From NCBI GenBank assembly GCA_951406725.2, contig OX597814.1, positions 132,680,001 through 132,744,000 of the forward strand: a DNA stretch of 64,000 bases. The letters run 5' to 3'. This DNA is from Octopus vulgaris. Taxonomy: Eukaryota. How positions within the stretch are numbered: the stretch's first letter is position 1; each line of letters opens with the position of its first letter. The notes beneath the pieces were generated by a model, which saw only the letters and a list, made by a program, of their open reading frames with translations, was not told where the DNA came from and made no database searches. This document shows, piece by piece, positions 14,101 through 27,957 of this stretch. Position numbers and translations under genes: made by a program.

Positions 14101-14930
14101 ATGCTTACGTTATATAACAGTCTTTGTTTTCATTTTTGTAGAAGAGTGGACATACGCCATAAATAAATGATTTTACTGGAAATCAAGTTTATTCTGGAAG
14201 TTCTATTGTTATTAGATGCTGCAAATAATCGATAAAACCTTACACATGAACTTGGAAATCAGACCTATTATAAAACGAACGAATTGAAATATTTACCTGA
14301 ATCATCATAAAATTAGCTTTCATTTCAATACAATGTTGAAATCAGCCTCAATGTTTTATAACCTGAACCGTCAGTGATCCAACGGATCATGGGTAGTCTA
14401 GTCTCCCCTATTTGTAAGAGGTATTGATAAAAAAAAAATGCACCTCAATTAAGTAAACAGTAATTGTGCGTGTGTAAGGAGAAAAGTAGATACTTCAAAT
14501 GTAGCTATCTTACTGATATTATAATTGTTATTTAGATACAACTAAATCCTGATCCAGCAGATTTAAGATGAATGCATTTTGATCGTAGATTTTCTGGAAA
14601 TAGCCCTCTCATTTGAGTTATTTTTACAAACATAATATAAGGCTCCATATACAAAGTGACACTCTCTTTCTTTCCAGAGAAACGATGAGATATGTGGGAA
14701 ATTTGATTATTTCTGACAGGTCGATCAATCAACTAAAATCAAGGATTAAACACTTTTGTTTGCATGTCATATCGGAACTATTGAGTAATGACATCATTTA
14801 TTAGAAGTTTCCAACAAGGTAGGCATTGGTTCACAGAATTACTCTGTGACGGCTGCATTAAATAAAGAAATTAGTTACTCAAAGCAGTGGTTTTGTTTTA
14901 CTGTTGATGCACATTGACGAATGATATGAA

Positions 14931-14975
<45 letters not shown>

Positions 14976-16248
14976 ACACATACACACACACACAAGTAAG
15001 TCATGTTTTCGCTGTTTGAGACCGGCAAATTCTAATCAAAATGCACAAAGCAACTCTAGTTAAAGCCAATGTGCGATTGTTTAGAACCGGAGACCTCAAG
15101 GTTACGAAACGAAATTCTAAATCACAATGGCATATCTGCGTCTGATGTTCAGTAGTGACCAGTAATTTTGATATATATTCAAAAAGATTTATAGATACAT
15201 TTTTAGCTGTCATGTTACTAGCATATTTTACTAATCAAAATTCTACTCTAAATAACGATGCAATCAAATGCATTAATATATCAAAGACGCAGTGAAGAAT
15301 ATCAGTAAAACGAATGTTTTAACAGATACATTGTCTGTGATTAAAAATCAGAATGGCCACGACTTGAACGGTTTTGATCTTACATCTGCCACACAAGTTG
15401 ATGAGAGTCTCAACAGCGGCTAGCTCCCTCTAAAATGTTACTGCTCTATGGCTCGAAGTAAACATGAAGAAATTTATCTGAGGTAAAAGTTTATAGACTG
15501 ATGTAGAAAAGAGATTAACACCTACTTAGATAAACTAACAATCTTCTAAGACATGAGCAACCTCTGGATCTGAGGTTGAATATGGTCATGCATTTCTTCT
15601 ATCTTTCTTTCTTTCTTTCTTTTTCCTTTCTTTCTTCCTTTCTTTCTTTCTTCTTTTCTTTCTTTTTTCCTATCTTTCTTTCTTTCTTTATTCCTTTCCT
15701 TCTTTCTTGTATGTCAAGCTTATATAAATATTATTATTTTCCTTCTTCCTCCCATCCAGTAATGTTTTGCCGTGATCATTATTTTAATGATCTGCTTTAA
15801 ATACTAAATGTGGAATATTCTTTATTAAATACGATGTGTCATTAATTATCAATTTAGAGGTGCAGTTCGATTTATTATGAACGACAACTCGCTAGTTCTG
15901 CTGCTAAAAAGCGAGCTGATGCATCTCTGATATAAGGCACACATACCTTATTTCTCCAGATATTTCTGTATTGGGAAAATTTGTTGCTTTTATTTTTGCT
16001 GGAAGTCTGAAAAAATCATTCGACTGGCGATGGAATCCAGTACAGCAGCTTACTGAAAATCTGCACAAGAACTTTTGACATATTTTTTCAGACGTCTTCG
16101 GTTCTCTTTTTATATTTTTACTTATTTTACAAGTTATGTCTAATTGTTGGCTTGTTTACCGAGGCATTGAATTTTTGACTTCATGGTGATTACTGGAAGC
16201 GCCCTAAGCTTTAAAACGATGGATAACTCAGCAGGTTTTAGAACGTAC

Positions 16249-16302
16249 CACATATCTGTATTACTGTCTCTTCATTTCCAAAGGCAAAGAGTTTTCTGTG
16301 AG
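16249..16302 (-). other. Candidate 54-nt exon (phase 1-1), xHRKLFAFGNEETVIQIC
   Basis: Acceptor ttaatttgtttctcctcaccag, donor GTG|gtacgt, single open frame. No homology recognised. Confidence 0.3.
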
Positions 16303-16961
16303 CTGGTGAGGAGAAACAAATTAACATCATTTTTCTTTTTCTGTTTTAGAATACTTCAATATTATTTCTGGTCCTAATACTAGAATCAAGTTACTATGTA
16401 TGTAAAATTATGAAACGACAAATAACTTCTTTTTTTATTTTCAAACATTTCCTAGGCATTTTCTTGTAGGAATGGTACATGAAGAGAGGGATATACTTTG
16501 CAGACGTGTGCTTGCATGTACATTTCTTATGAGATATTCTGCATAATTCCTTCTGTAGCTTCTAACAAAGAACTTTGTTCAACCATCATGAGTTGTAGTA
16601 TTCCTAAAGATCGAATTTGAAAGATACGGAAAAAAGTTTCTCTCACTTCAAAATATTACCTATTTACTGAATTTTATATTGAATTTCATGTATTAAATTA
16701 GTATTTTAATTATGAATTCGAAATTATTCACTAATTATATTCAATATATATATTTATAGATTTATTCAGGTAAGTTATTGCCTACTTTACCAGTCAAAAG
16801 GTCATGCGTTTGTTAAATATTCTCACTAGTAGATAATTTGATACGTAAATGTATACAAAAACGTCACACAGGCAAACACACACACAGAGACACACACATA
16901 TCTGCGTATTGTAATTAATGTTTGTATTAGCATATGTATGAATATATATATATATATATTC

Positions 16962-17003
<42 letters not shown>

Positions 17004-17770
17004 CGTAGAAATTATGTTAAACTAGCATATGTCCAAATTTGGCCAAATGCGTTTTCTTTTCAATATTGAGTTTTGCTTGCAATAGCCGATTCTTTTGGTC
17101 AAGCTATCGTATCTCCAGCTGCTTCTTATGCCAAGATATCAAAAATTGTCAAATTGTAGTATAACGGTTTTGTTATGGAATGTTGAAACTATTTTTCGTC
17201 TTCTGAAGAAGCAACGTTTTGGACTTACGTCACTTTTAGCAACGATATATATATAAATATAGTATCTTCGTTTGTCTTAATAACTGACGATATGCCGGAG
17301 TAGATTTCCACCCCGACATCCGAAACTTGGAGTTTTATTATGGCAACTGAATAATCGTCATATATTATATTACAGAAAAATACCTCAACGTAATATTGGG
17401 GTCTCATTCATTCTTTTGTTGTTAAACTATTACTATTAATAATATATATAAATATATATATATATGTGTATATATAAGTATGTATGTATGTATGTATGTA
17501 TGTATGTATGTATCTTTGTGTTTGTGCCTGAGTGTACGCTTATGTTTTTATGTTTCATCTATTCAAAATGAATGGAGTTGACCATAACAGCTGTTTATCG
17601 ACCGATACCAGATACGCCGTATTACTTGGCGTGTAAGACGCATCCTCTTCACAATAGCAAAAACCTATCCTGCCTATAAAGTGTCTTTGTAACTGTCAAT
17701 ACTCCAATTTCGATATGGAGTGTTGTAGGCGCAAAATGTTTACTTCTTTAATCTGGTGATTAATAATATA

Positions 17771-18281
17771 CCGTAAATCCTCGAGTATAGCCCGCCCTTG
17801 AGTATAATACGCAGGGGATGTTTAGGAGACTGTACCTCTGTAAAACTTAAACCTTGTGTATAATACGCACCTCTTCTCTAACTTGAGTCAAGGAGGTCTA
17901 TATAACGTCCTTGGTTCGTAAAACGTTATACGGTAACGTCCTTTGTTATTATTGTATATGTAGTATAATGCAAATGTGTAGCTTTTTTGTGCATTTTGTT
18001 TGCAGAAAATAAAGAAATAACAGTAATAACGTTTAATAAATGTTGCTTGCTGCAAGTTATGGATGATTATTTTATGACTTCATTGCTTTCAGGCTTAGCT
18101 TAAGGTATTTTCGCGCCCGACATCACAAAATGCGTCTGAATAAACATTGCCGGGCAGCAAATAGAGACTCGGACATTGTTTAGAAAATATTTTTCATTTT
18201 TAACCTCGTATATAGTACGCACTAGGGATTTTGACCTTTAAAGTTTGGGGGAAAATGCGGATTATACTCGAGGATTTACGG
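17771..18281. mobile_element. MITE of Tc1/mariner superfamily (Tc2/pogo-like TIR)
   Basis: TIR ccgtaaatcctcgagtata / tatactcgaggatttacgg, TA on both sides, no ORF. Confidence 0.88.
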
Positions 18282-18418
18282 TAGTAAAATTGTGTTTCAA
18301 GAATGTAACTAGCAATACAATTCTTACAAAGTAATATATTAAATTATCGCAATCTGTTTGCACGTACATATAGCTGTTTCAAAACCTGTCTAATAGCTTG
18401 TGATATATTGGAAGTTAG

Positions 18419-18734
18419 TGAAGGCGCATGGATTAGTGGTTTGTGTATTCGGCTCAAGGTCGTGAGGCCGTGAGGCCGATACCCGGCTACGCGTTGTATC
18501 CGTAAGCAAGACTCTTTATTTCAGGCTGCTCTAGTTCTCTCAGGTGGTAATAATGAGTAGTACCTGTAGTCCAAAAGACCAACCTTGTAACATTCTGTCA
18601 CGCTGCATCTCCCTGAGAGCCACTTTAAACTGCTCAGCAACTTGCACGTTAATATCACAAGCTGGCTGTTCCGTTGATCGGATCAAATAGAACACTCGTT
18701 TTCGTAAGCGACAGAGTACCAGTTACATAGTAGC
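18419..18734 (+). mobile_element. tRNA-derived SINE, family D (degenerate)
   Basis: Head gaaggcgcatgg..agtggtt shared with family C; 14-bp TSD atattggaagttag (18405-18418 / 18735-18748). Confidence 0.8.
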
Positions 18735-19508
18735 ATATTGGAAGTTAGAGACAGAGGGGATGCCAATTCATGTGTATCACCTTCCCCAGCATAATTAACC
18801 AAACCTAGCTTTGTGTTAGATCATTTATCGATAACGTTGCCCTTAACAAACATCGTTTTATTATCTACTGTTAAATAATAATTAAAAAAACTCCAACAAT
18901 AATGAAATATTGACAACTTCCACTGCCAGACAGCACCTTTACAGATGGCTGAAGACAAAGCAAGTTGATGGCAGAGCATTGCAACAGAAAAATATACGTT
19001 TTGCATCCTTTTAGTAAGTTTTTTCACTAAAATATAAAGAATCCATACGGTTACAGCAATTAGATGTAGAAGTGGGTTATGTTTTTTCCCATTTAATATT
19101 ACAGAAAATATCTTTCATACTTGAATCTCATTGCTCAAAAGTAATACAAATACTACTATCACAAAAGATTTAACATACAGTAAAGTACACAGTAATAGAG
19201 TTGTTGTACAGTGCTTTGGTCTAAAGCCAAATGATAAAAGTGAAAGAACATAGAGGAAGTAAGAAGATCAGCTGATAGCTGCTTGAGTTAGTAAACTCTG
19301 CAGGAGAATTGCCATATGGCCATAGATAGAATAATTAAAACATATGAGAGTGGACGGTGTCTAATATTGGATCTTGAATGCATTAACGGTTAGTTCTATA
19401 TAATTCTTTTTAATACCGTCTGAATGTGCTGCACACACCCACGTATACTCACACATACACCCACGCATGGTATCTCTCTATATATGTATGTATGTATGCA
19501 TGTATGTA

Positions 19509-19564
<56 letters not shown>

Positions 19565-19677
19565 CATATATATGTATGTATATGTATGTATATATATACA
19601 TATATGTGTGTGTGTATGTATATGTGTGTATGTATATATGTATATGAGTGTATATAGATGTATGTGGGTATATGTAT

Positions 19678-19714
<37 letters not shown>

Positions 19715-20322
19715 CATATATATACATATATATGTATACACATACACCTAGCACATACACCTAACACCACTTAATAAAGCGAAACCTTGTAAGCAGACAG
19801 ATTAAGAGTGAGAGATTTCCTCAGTTAAAAGTTGAATGGTGGTGGTGTGGTTTTGGTGGTGGAATTATCCGAACAACCTTGTATCATACAATTTAGTTGA
19901 AATATCTCTTCTATGAAGTCGTCGATATGAAAACAACCAGCGGTATCATTCAACAGAGAATCATGTATTATCAAGACGATATCATTAAAAATAATTACTC
20001 GGAATCAATTATAGAGCACTCGAAAATTAACTGCCGACAGATGAGTACCTGCCATTGACGGTTGCACATTTCTTCTCAAAATAAAAGTCTCCAGCCTACT
20101 AGCAATTAGAACGTCCCTGGTCTGCTGCACATTCAACCATTAGCGAAGTCTTGATCTACAAGAATCAGTTTAGTCAGTGATCTGCCAATACGCTGCTTCA
20201 ATTACCAAGTATTACTGATCGAACACACATGTACAATCACGTATACTATATATATTTAATGTGTCTATTACAGACACAGACACACAGACACCCCCCCCAC
20301 ACACACACATATATATATATAT

Positions 20323-20840
20323 ATACATATAAAAGAGATGACCTATAAGTGGACATCCGTTATGCTAGAAGATCCGCTATGGTCTTACCACTAAGAAAGG
20401 AATGTTCTCAAGAAAATTTAGCAAACATATTCTCTAACAGGCAATATTCACTGCAGAGAAATATTTTCTGCAGAAATATTTCCTGTAGTTTGGCGCGCCA
20501 GAACGAAGACTTTTGAAAAGTGACCCCAATTGTAATTGGTAGAACTGTATACATATTCAATCTCATGCGGACGTTCCGTGTATAGTTCTGCAAATTATAT
20601 TTGCAAAGACGATCACACTGACGAGTTGCGGAGAATTACATAAATGATTTCGAAAGCATTAACAACGAAATCTGGTTTGTGATTAATCTATATTTTGTAT
20701 CTTTTCATTTGTCTTACTCGCTTACGTTCTGGTATTTGCTAAATTTTCTTGAGAACATTTCTGTTTTAGTGGTAAGACCATAGCAGATCTTCTTCTAGCA
20801 TAATTGATGTCCACTTACAGGTCATCCCTTTTATATGTAT
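20323..20840. mobile_element. Foldback/MITE-like element with ~100-bp imperfect terminal inverted repeats
   Basis: 20323-20425 is the reverse complement of 20735-20840. Confidence 0.7.
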
Positions 20841-20893
20841 GTAATATAATTTTTTTCTGAAAATTCAGATTTTTAAATATGCTCGACCACTGG

Positions 20894-22200
20894 ATCAGAA
20901 AATGGAGAAATCCTCAGATTAATAAACACATCGATTGGACCATTTATAGCTTACTTTTTAATACAAAGCATGACATAATGCCAAAATGCTGTCTATAAAT
21001 AAATGTGACAATAATAGGATCTATATACCTTTAATGACTATGTAATGCTTATTAAGCATATTTAGTATACTGTGTCAATTAGTGAGTTTCATTATTTGAT
21101 AATAATTAACATGTGATTTGGTCTTAAATATTAACCGCTTAATTGTGACTTTTTTTATTTGTACATTGTAGTGTACGTATAAGATGGATTTTTCTTGCCT
21201 ACCTGTATATATCTAATTATTACCACATTTTGCTACATATGAGGTTAAGTCCAATATCATTTCCTTGTAGCCTTAATCGAATCGCTGAATTACTCGTACT
21301 AGTTGCATCCTCTTAACCACAATCCGTGGATTCTTACTCTTTTCATTGTTCCCTCATACATGTTATAACGTTAAGATGCTGAAGGACATAAGCAGCTCCC
21401 GCATCACTTATATCATTGACTTCTCCCCGGAACCTTTTTCTTTTTCTTGTTTATTTATGGACATATTCATTGTAGTGGTTCTAACTCGTGACTTCCGTTC
21501 AAATTGTAACTGACCAATTATAAACACCGCTAGAATGAGACTTGCTATTGTGGACCATAAGGGGGACACTTGGTAATAATTTCTGTGAGTAAATTTTCTT
21601 AAGCGACCCACGGTAATTGTTTTGGATACATTTACTTGAGTGTACAACGTTAGCATAGGTACCGCCCTTTGATATTTATGTTAGTAATTTTCCTTATATA
21701 TATTCTCTTGATAACTTCTTTTCTTAGAATTTTTAAACATCCTGCCCACCACTTAAATTGCTACTCGTTAATAAATTGTAGTATTCGCTAGACCATTACT
21801 AGCTCACTCTTTTACCTACGGACCTCGTAGCCTCTAAATGATAGATTATATACTTTTAACATATTGGGCTTCTAGACTTTTTTCGAGACCATGCTTTCTT
21901 TCTTTTTCTTTCTTATCTTTGTCTATATTGCATACTCTTGTTTTTACGTTGATGAAGCTCCGTGCCTTAATTCGAATGCCCTATGAAGATGAAGAACTTT
22001 GTTCTCACATTTATTTATAGACAGCATTTTGACAACGGATCGGAAACGGCCGTAAGATATGTTACGTCACCTATTTGTTATGTCATGCTTTGTATTAAAA
22101 AATAAGCTATAAATGTGGTCCAATCGATGTGTTTGTTAATCTGAGGTTTTCTAAATTTTCTGATTATTTGTATTTGTTTCCTGATAATTTCTTGTTTATC
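20894..22200 (+). mobile_element. Penelope-like element remnant with inverted partial terminal repeat
   Basis: 20894-21007 is an internally deleted reverse complement of 22006-22165; degenerate hammerhead-like motif at 21945-22060. Confidence 0.55.
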
Positions 22201-22655
22201 CTGTTGTTATATCCACTCTACGTGCATAGTGTGCCTGCTCACCAATGCCCGGGGACAACACAGATAACTTATACCGATAGCATATACGGATATTTTATCC
22301 CTTAGTCGGTTATTATAACCGCTAAGCCTGTTTACATTTGATATATGTATGTATATATATATATAACATCTAAGTAAATATGCGCAATATATACATATAT
22401 TTAGACACACACACACACACACGCATATATTATCGATAGAGCCTTGAAAGTATTGGGTACATTTCTATCTCTATACGAGATATTTAATTAGAAGAAAACG
22501 CGAAACGACTTAGTGTTTAGTGCTTTATCTTTATGCATTTTTTACTGTGGGAAACGAGGAAAATGGATTTGAACTTCAAAACTACATTATAAATCGTATA
22601 TGGAATTTCAGATGTATAAGTTTGTATACATATATATTTATATACAATGCACACA

Positions 22656-22730
<75 letters not shown>

Positions 22731-22794
22731 CACACACACACACACACACACACACGTGGCACTTGAGTCACTTCTGCCGATTAAAAATAATAAT

Positions 22795-22975
22795 AATGCT
22801 TTCCACTATTGATATAAGACCCGAAATCTTAATGGAGGAGGCTAGTCGATTAACCCTGTGCTCAACCGGTACTTTATTCTACCTCGTAAGTATAAAAGGA
22901 GAAATCTAACTTCTGCGGAATTCGAACTCGCTAAGCATTCGGAATACTAACCGTTCTGTCAGCACTCCGACTTTA
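22795..22975 (-). mobile_element. Degenerate family A SINE
   Basis: Reverse complement resembles 5769-5988 (ctgacagaacggttag...gagttcgaattccgcagaag...). Confidence 0.55.
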
Positions 22976-23554
22976 TATACAGCTATGGATTCAGAAGCGA
23001 AGTATATTTCAACTGTTTGTATCTTTCTTTCTTTCTTGAAGAAAGATATACACTTAAGATATGAACGTACGATCCATTAGAAAAATCTACAGTCTTATCT
23101 CTCTGGCTATTATATTTATGTTTACAAGCCAAATTTGTTATCACTTCCCCAAGAGAAAAAGCATAATGAGAGTAATTTGCTGCAGAATCGCTAAAATGGT
23201 AACGAAATCATTGATAAAATTGATTATACTCATATACACTTGCAGATATATATGGTTTATATATCGGCTTATAAACTAAGAAGAGAAATGCATATCTCTC
23301 TCTCTCTCTCTCTTCACACTCTCATATGTAACTATGTATATAGATTCATTACTATTCCGATTCGCTAGTTTAAATACTCACGTTTCTAGGTTCCCGAGCT
23401 GACACATGCACACGCTTCACACATATATTTATATGAATAAATGCACGCACACAAATATATACTCATATACACTTGCAGATATATATCCTTTTGTAAAAAT
23501 TATATATATATATATATATTTAAGATAGAGAATATTTTAGTGGGAAACATCTTA

Positions 23555-23659
<105 letters not shown>

Positions 23660-23734
23660 GCTGTATTCTAATGGAATAAATAATAAATATTCCCTCACTT
23701 CATTTCTCTTATACTTTCGCCCAATTTCTCTCTC

Positions 23735-23811
<77 letters not shown>

Positions 23812-24063
23812 ATAATAAATATTAGGGAATAAATCCAAATTTACAGGGAAAAAAATCAGATTTAGGATTAAATCCAATTTTATAGTAAAATATATAATAT
23901 TAATTAGAGACAAAACCACTATTTTGCAAAACAAACAAGCTGTAATCTAATGGAATAAATAATAAATATTCCCTCACTTCATTTCTCTTATACTTTCGCC
24001 CAATTTCTCTGTGTGATTAAGTCTTTCCTTGTTTGTTTTGCAAAATAGTGGTTTTGTCTCTAA

Positions 24064-24133
<70 letters not shown>

Positions 24134-24469
24134 TAAACAAGCAGTTGGATACGTGGCCATTCACTTCACAAATTGCAAATTTGGTATATTTCATTGAAAT
24201 TTAAGTCAGAAATTTTACTGTTTTGACTGTAAATTGTGATGAATTTTGTGAGAAACGTGAATACAAATTTTGGTTCTAGTTTGAAGTGAAGCCATCAGGT
24301 CTATGCAATTTATACCTTTCAAAACTCATAAAGTCATACGAACCTATTTCCTATAACCTACATTTAGAGCTTTCAATTTAGGCATCCTTCGTTACTTTTC
24401 TTTATTACATTTCCAGTGTTATATAATAACAGTTTATCCTCTTATAGATGTCACACAAGATTTCTTTTA

Positions 24470-24691
24470 TCTTTTACTTGTTTGTCATTAGACTGCGGCC
24501 GTGCTGGGGCACCGCCTTAAACAAATGCTTTTTAGTCGACTGAATCGACCCCAGTACTTGTTCTTAGTTAAGCCTGGTGCTTTTTCTGTCGGTTTCTTTT
24601 GTCGAACCACTAAGTTATGCGGACATAAACACACCAACACCGTTTGTCAAGCGGTGGTATGGGACAAACACAGACACAAAGACACACACAC

Positions 24692-24784
<93 letters not shown>

Positions 24785-24807
24785 TATATACATACATACA
24801 TACATAC

Positions 24808-24839
<32 letters not shown>

Positions 24840-25012
24840 ATGTGTGTGTGTGTGTATACGACAGGCTTCTTTCAGCCTCCGCCTGCCACATCCCCTCAGA
24901 AGGCTTTAGTGGGCCTGAGGCTATAGCAGAAAACATTTGCCCAAGGTTCCACCAAGTAGGACTGAACCTGGAACCATGTGGTTGGAACCAAGTTTCTTAC
25001 CACACATCCAAG
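24470..25012 (-). mobile_element. SINE (family E) with internal (TA/CA)n microsatellite
   Basis: tRNA-like head at the right end (tgtgtggtaagaa...ggttcagtcc on minus); tail actgcggcc.tgctgg also seen as fragments near 37695-37742 and 39462-39520. Confidence 0.7.
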
Positions 25013-25167
25013 CCAACGAAAATTGTGATTGAACATCTGTACATGAGTTACGTTTAACATGATTATTATGTGATTGATGTGTGCACAGTACTCATACGTC
25101 GAATATTAGTAAAGACGGTTTCTACATGAGTAAGGTAGTTCCCCTATTCATATTGAATGGCAAATAT

Positions 25168-25633
25168 ACATGTGTATTTTTTAATAATATATTATTATTA
25201 ATATTAGGAAATCAATATCAAAACTTCTCAGAAAGATATACACGTGTGAAAAATAATTGTTGTATTAAAAATATATAAATAAATAAATATTAATATGTAT
25301 AAAAATATATGTAAATATGTATAAGTATAAATATATAATGTATATGACAGTTTAAAAGTGTGGAATTAATTATTTTTTATACATATTTATATTTATTTAT
25401 TTATATATTTTTAATACAACAATTATTTTTCACACGTGTATATAATTCTGAGGAGTTTTGATATTGATTTCCTAATATTAATAATAATATATTATTAAAA
25501 ATATATATATGTATATAATCGCTCGTATTAAATATATAAATACTCTAATAGTATTAATACTTTGATACAATTGAGCACTCAATATAAATTCAATATATAA
25601 TATTCTCATTGAATATATTTAACTAAACATTTA
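25168..25633. mobile_element. AT-rich insertion with ~140-bp inverted arms and 14-bp TSD (probable PLE end with 5' inversion)
   Basis: Arms ~25168-25305 / ~25374-25512; tgaatggcaaatat at 25154-25167 and 25634-25647. Confidence 0.65.
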
Positions 25634-27109
25634 TGAATGGCAAATATGAATAAATAAAAAAAATAACTTAAGAGTAACACATATCTTCATATTTTCCGCA
25701 AATGTATGATCGTTGATGTTGATGCAGTTGTTGCTATCATTATTGTTGCTGTTCAAACTCAGGTCAGCATTGATCCTGCCCACTTAGACCGAAAGTATTC
25801 CAGCCATGATCATCTTGTTTTCTAAAAAAATATATCCCGGACTAATTATTCATTATGTCCATTTTAAGATGATAGGGCGTGGTTGGATGTTGATTTAAAT
25901 GTTATTTCTAATAGGTTATGCCATTACACTGAGACACACAAGCAGACATTGTAAAAGCTATAAAAATAATTATGTACGATATTTAGTTTTGTCTCTCTGT
26001 ACGTTCTGAATTCATCTTCCAAAATAAAAACATGTCATTGACATTTATCTCTCCGCTGTCGATTAAGTAGATATCGGTAATATAAGGAACTCATTTAAAT
26101 CGATTTTTTATTTGGCTTTAGTCTCAATAAAGTAAGTGCGCTCAGACCATCGCAGCCTTTCAAAATTTGGAGATATTAAAGCTGTTGCAAATGACAGAAA
26201 AAATATGCGCAGTAAGGGAGTTCCAAAAGATGAACATTCTTGGCTGGATAGGTTGGACATTGTGGTTAGTGAGGAGTCTAAAATAGCTGAGTGGGTACAA
26301 AATAAGAATAACCAGTTCTGAGTAGTAAAGCCCATGGTAGGAGACAGAAGAGAAAGGGAGGTGAAAAAGAAAGAATGAGAGAGAAAGAAAGAGAAAAAGA
26401 GAGAAAGTGAGAGAGAAGAGACAACACGTTTATAGGCCGGAGAAGATGGCAGCTAAACTGACTGCTTTTCATTAGACATTGTCAATGTTCTCTGGATGTA
26501 ATAGCTCCAGCGCCTCATTTGATGTAGGGCAGGAAACCTTTATTTACTTTAGATTTGTAAATATTCGACATTGTTGAGAGTTAAAGCATGTTCTAACTTG
26601 CATTAGAATTGATCTTATATCTAAAATATAAATCAATATATACTCGCCGTAATTATCACTCCAATTATTTGATACATTTCTGTTTTGAGCTAAAATTTCC
26701 AGTATGAAAACCATTAATGTCACAACACATTATATCTTTTTTACTGTTAACTGCTAAATTGTAGGATGAATGTGTTATTCGAGACAACACTAATATATAT
26801 TTTGGAAATATTTACAGTGAAGGATTTATATTGCATCTGAGCATTCTAAAACTGAAAATTACTTAACCTAATTAACGTAGTCACATTCAATCGTCAAACT
26901 GTTAATACAATCACACCCATCGTCACTTTAAAATATTTACAGACTTTCAACTACCATGTAGATATTACTGCACCCTGCGAACATGAGTTTTCAAATCACT
27001 CACAGAGACACAGGAAAACACACATAATGTATTTGAAGACAAATTCTTTACCTTCCCTGTTTTTATTCATCCCCACCATAACCTCCACATTTAAGAACAT
27101 TTGTCAAAC

Positions 27110-27900
27110 AGCATTGGTCAAATAAGATTAACTTTGAAGGATAGACTTACGGTGCACAAACAACAAATCCGGGACCACTCAAGTAGGAAAATTCCCGTTA
27201 GCCAGCACCTAGACCAATGACCCATAGACAAAATCCCTAAATACCAAATCTTTTCTCTCTATCAATGCACTGGAAACATTTCAACCCAATTCCGTCTAAA
27301 TAAAGAAAACATACTGATTAAAAAATATAAACCACAGCTAAATATATTTTAGAAAGTAAAAAAAGCAGTATAAAGAAGAGAAAAAACACCCAATTTCAAC
27401 ACAAAACTAAAACAATAAAATTTTAGTAAGAATCTTCCACCCGGGTTTCGAAACCGTAGCTCCAAATCACCACACAAAGACAAGATGCTGACGTCACCCA
27501 CCTCCAGTCCAATGAAATTCCACAAACACCAGTTGCTGACGTCACATAATTCCAAACCAATCAAAACCGAACTTCAACGAAAAGATCCTTTCAGAAAACC
27601 AACCAACCGGAACGACCTATAACTGTATCCTGCAAGGAAACCAACCAAGCAGAATAACAAGCTTGACCACGGGACAAAAACGTCATCAATTTTTTGACGA
27701 ATCAAGATCAGATCCGCTCGCAGAAAAAAATTTATAAATACACATTTCCCTAAAACATACCATTGCAAGCGGAAGCAACTGTTTAAAGATCTGAGAAACC
27801 GTAATTTCCCCCTTTTTTTACTATTTCAATTCTGACACTGTATTTTTTCAGTATGACTTGTCGACCACCACTGAAATTAATGAACCTTGTACATTCTAAA
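27110..27900 (+). mobile_element. Penelope-like element, GIY-YIG endonuclease C-terminus and downstream terminal region
   Basis: IGQIRLTLKDRLTVHKQQIRDHSSRKIPVSQHLD...FRLNKENILIKKYKPQLN with an in-frame stop; right boundary approximate. Confidence 0.7.
27489..27561 (+). promoter_or_regulatory. Tandem CRE (TGACGTCA) + CCAAT module, two copies
   Basis: TGACGTCA at 27489 and 27537, each followed 12 nt later by CCAAT (27509, 27557). Confidence 0.35.
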
Positions 27901-27957
27901 AAATTAATATACAGTTTTAATTTCAAACCTACACCTATTTTGAACATGATAATTTAT

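Noticed and set aside
17225-17407. Possible minus-strand exon AIIKLQVSDVGVEIY...
   Set aside because: Good donor but weak acceptor, and phase does not fit the neighbouring candidates.
20955-20992. Apparent minus-strand exon with AG/GT boundaries
   Set aside because: Part of the inverted copy of the repeat end at 22006-22165.
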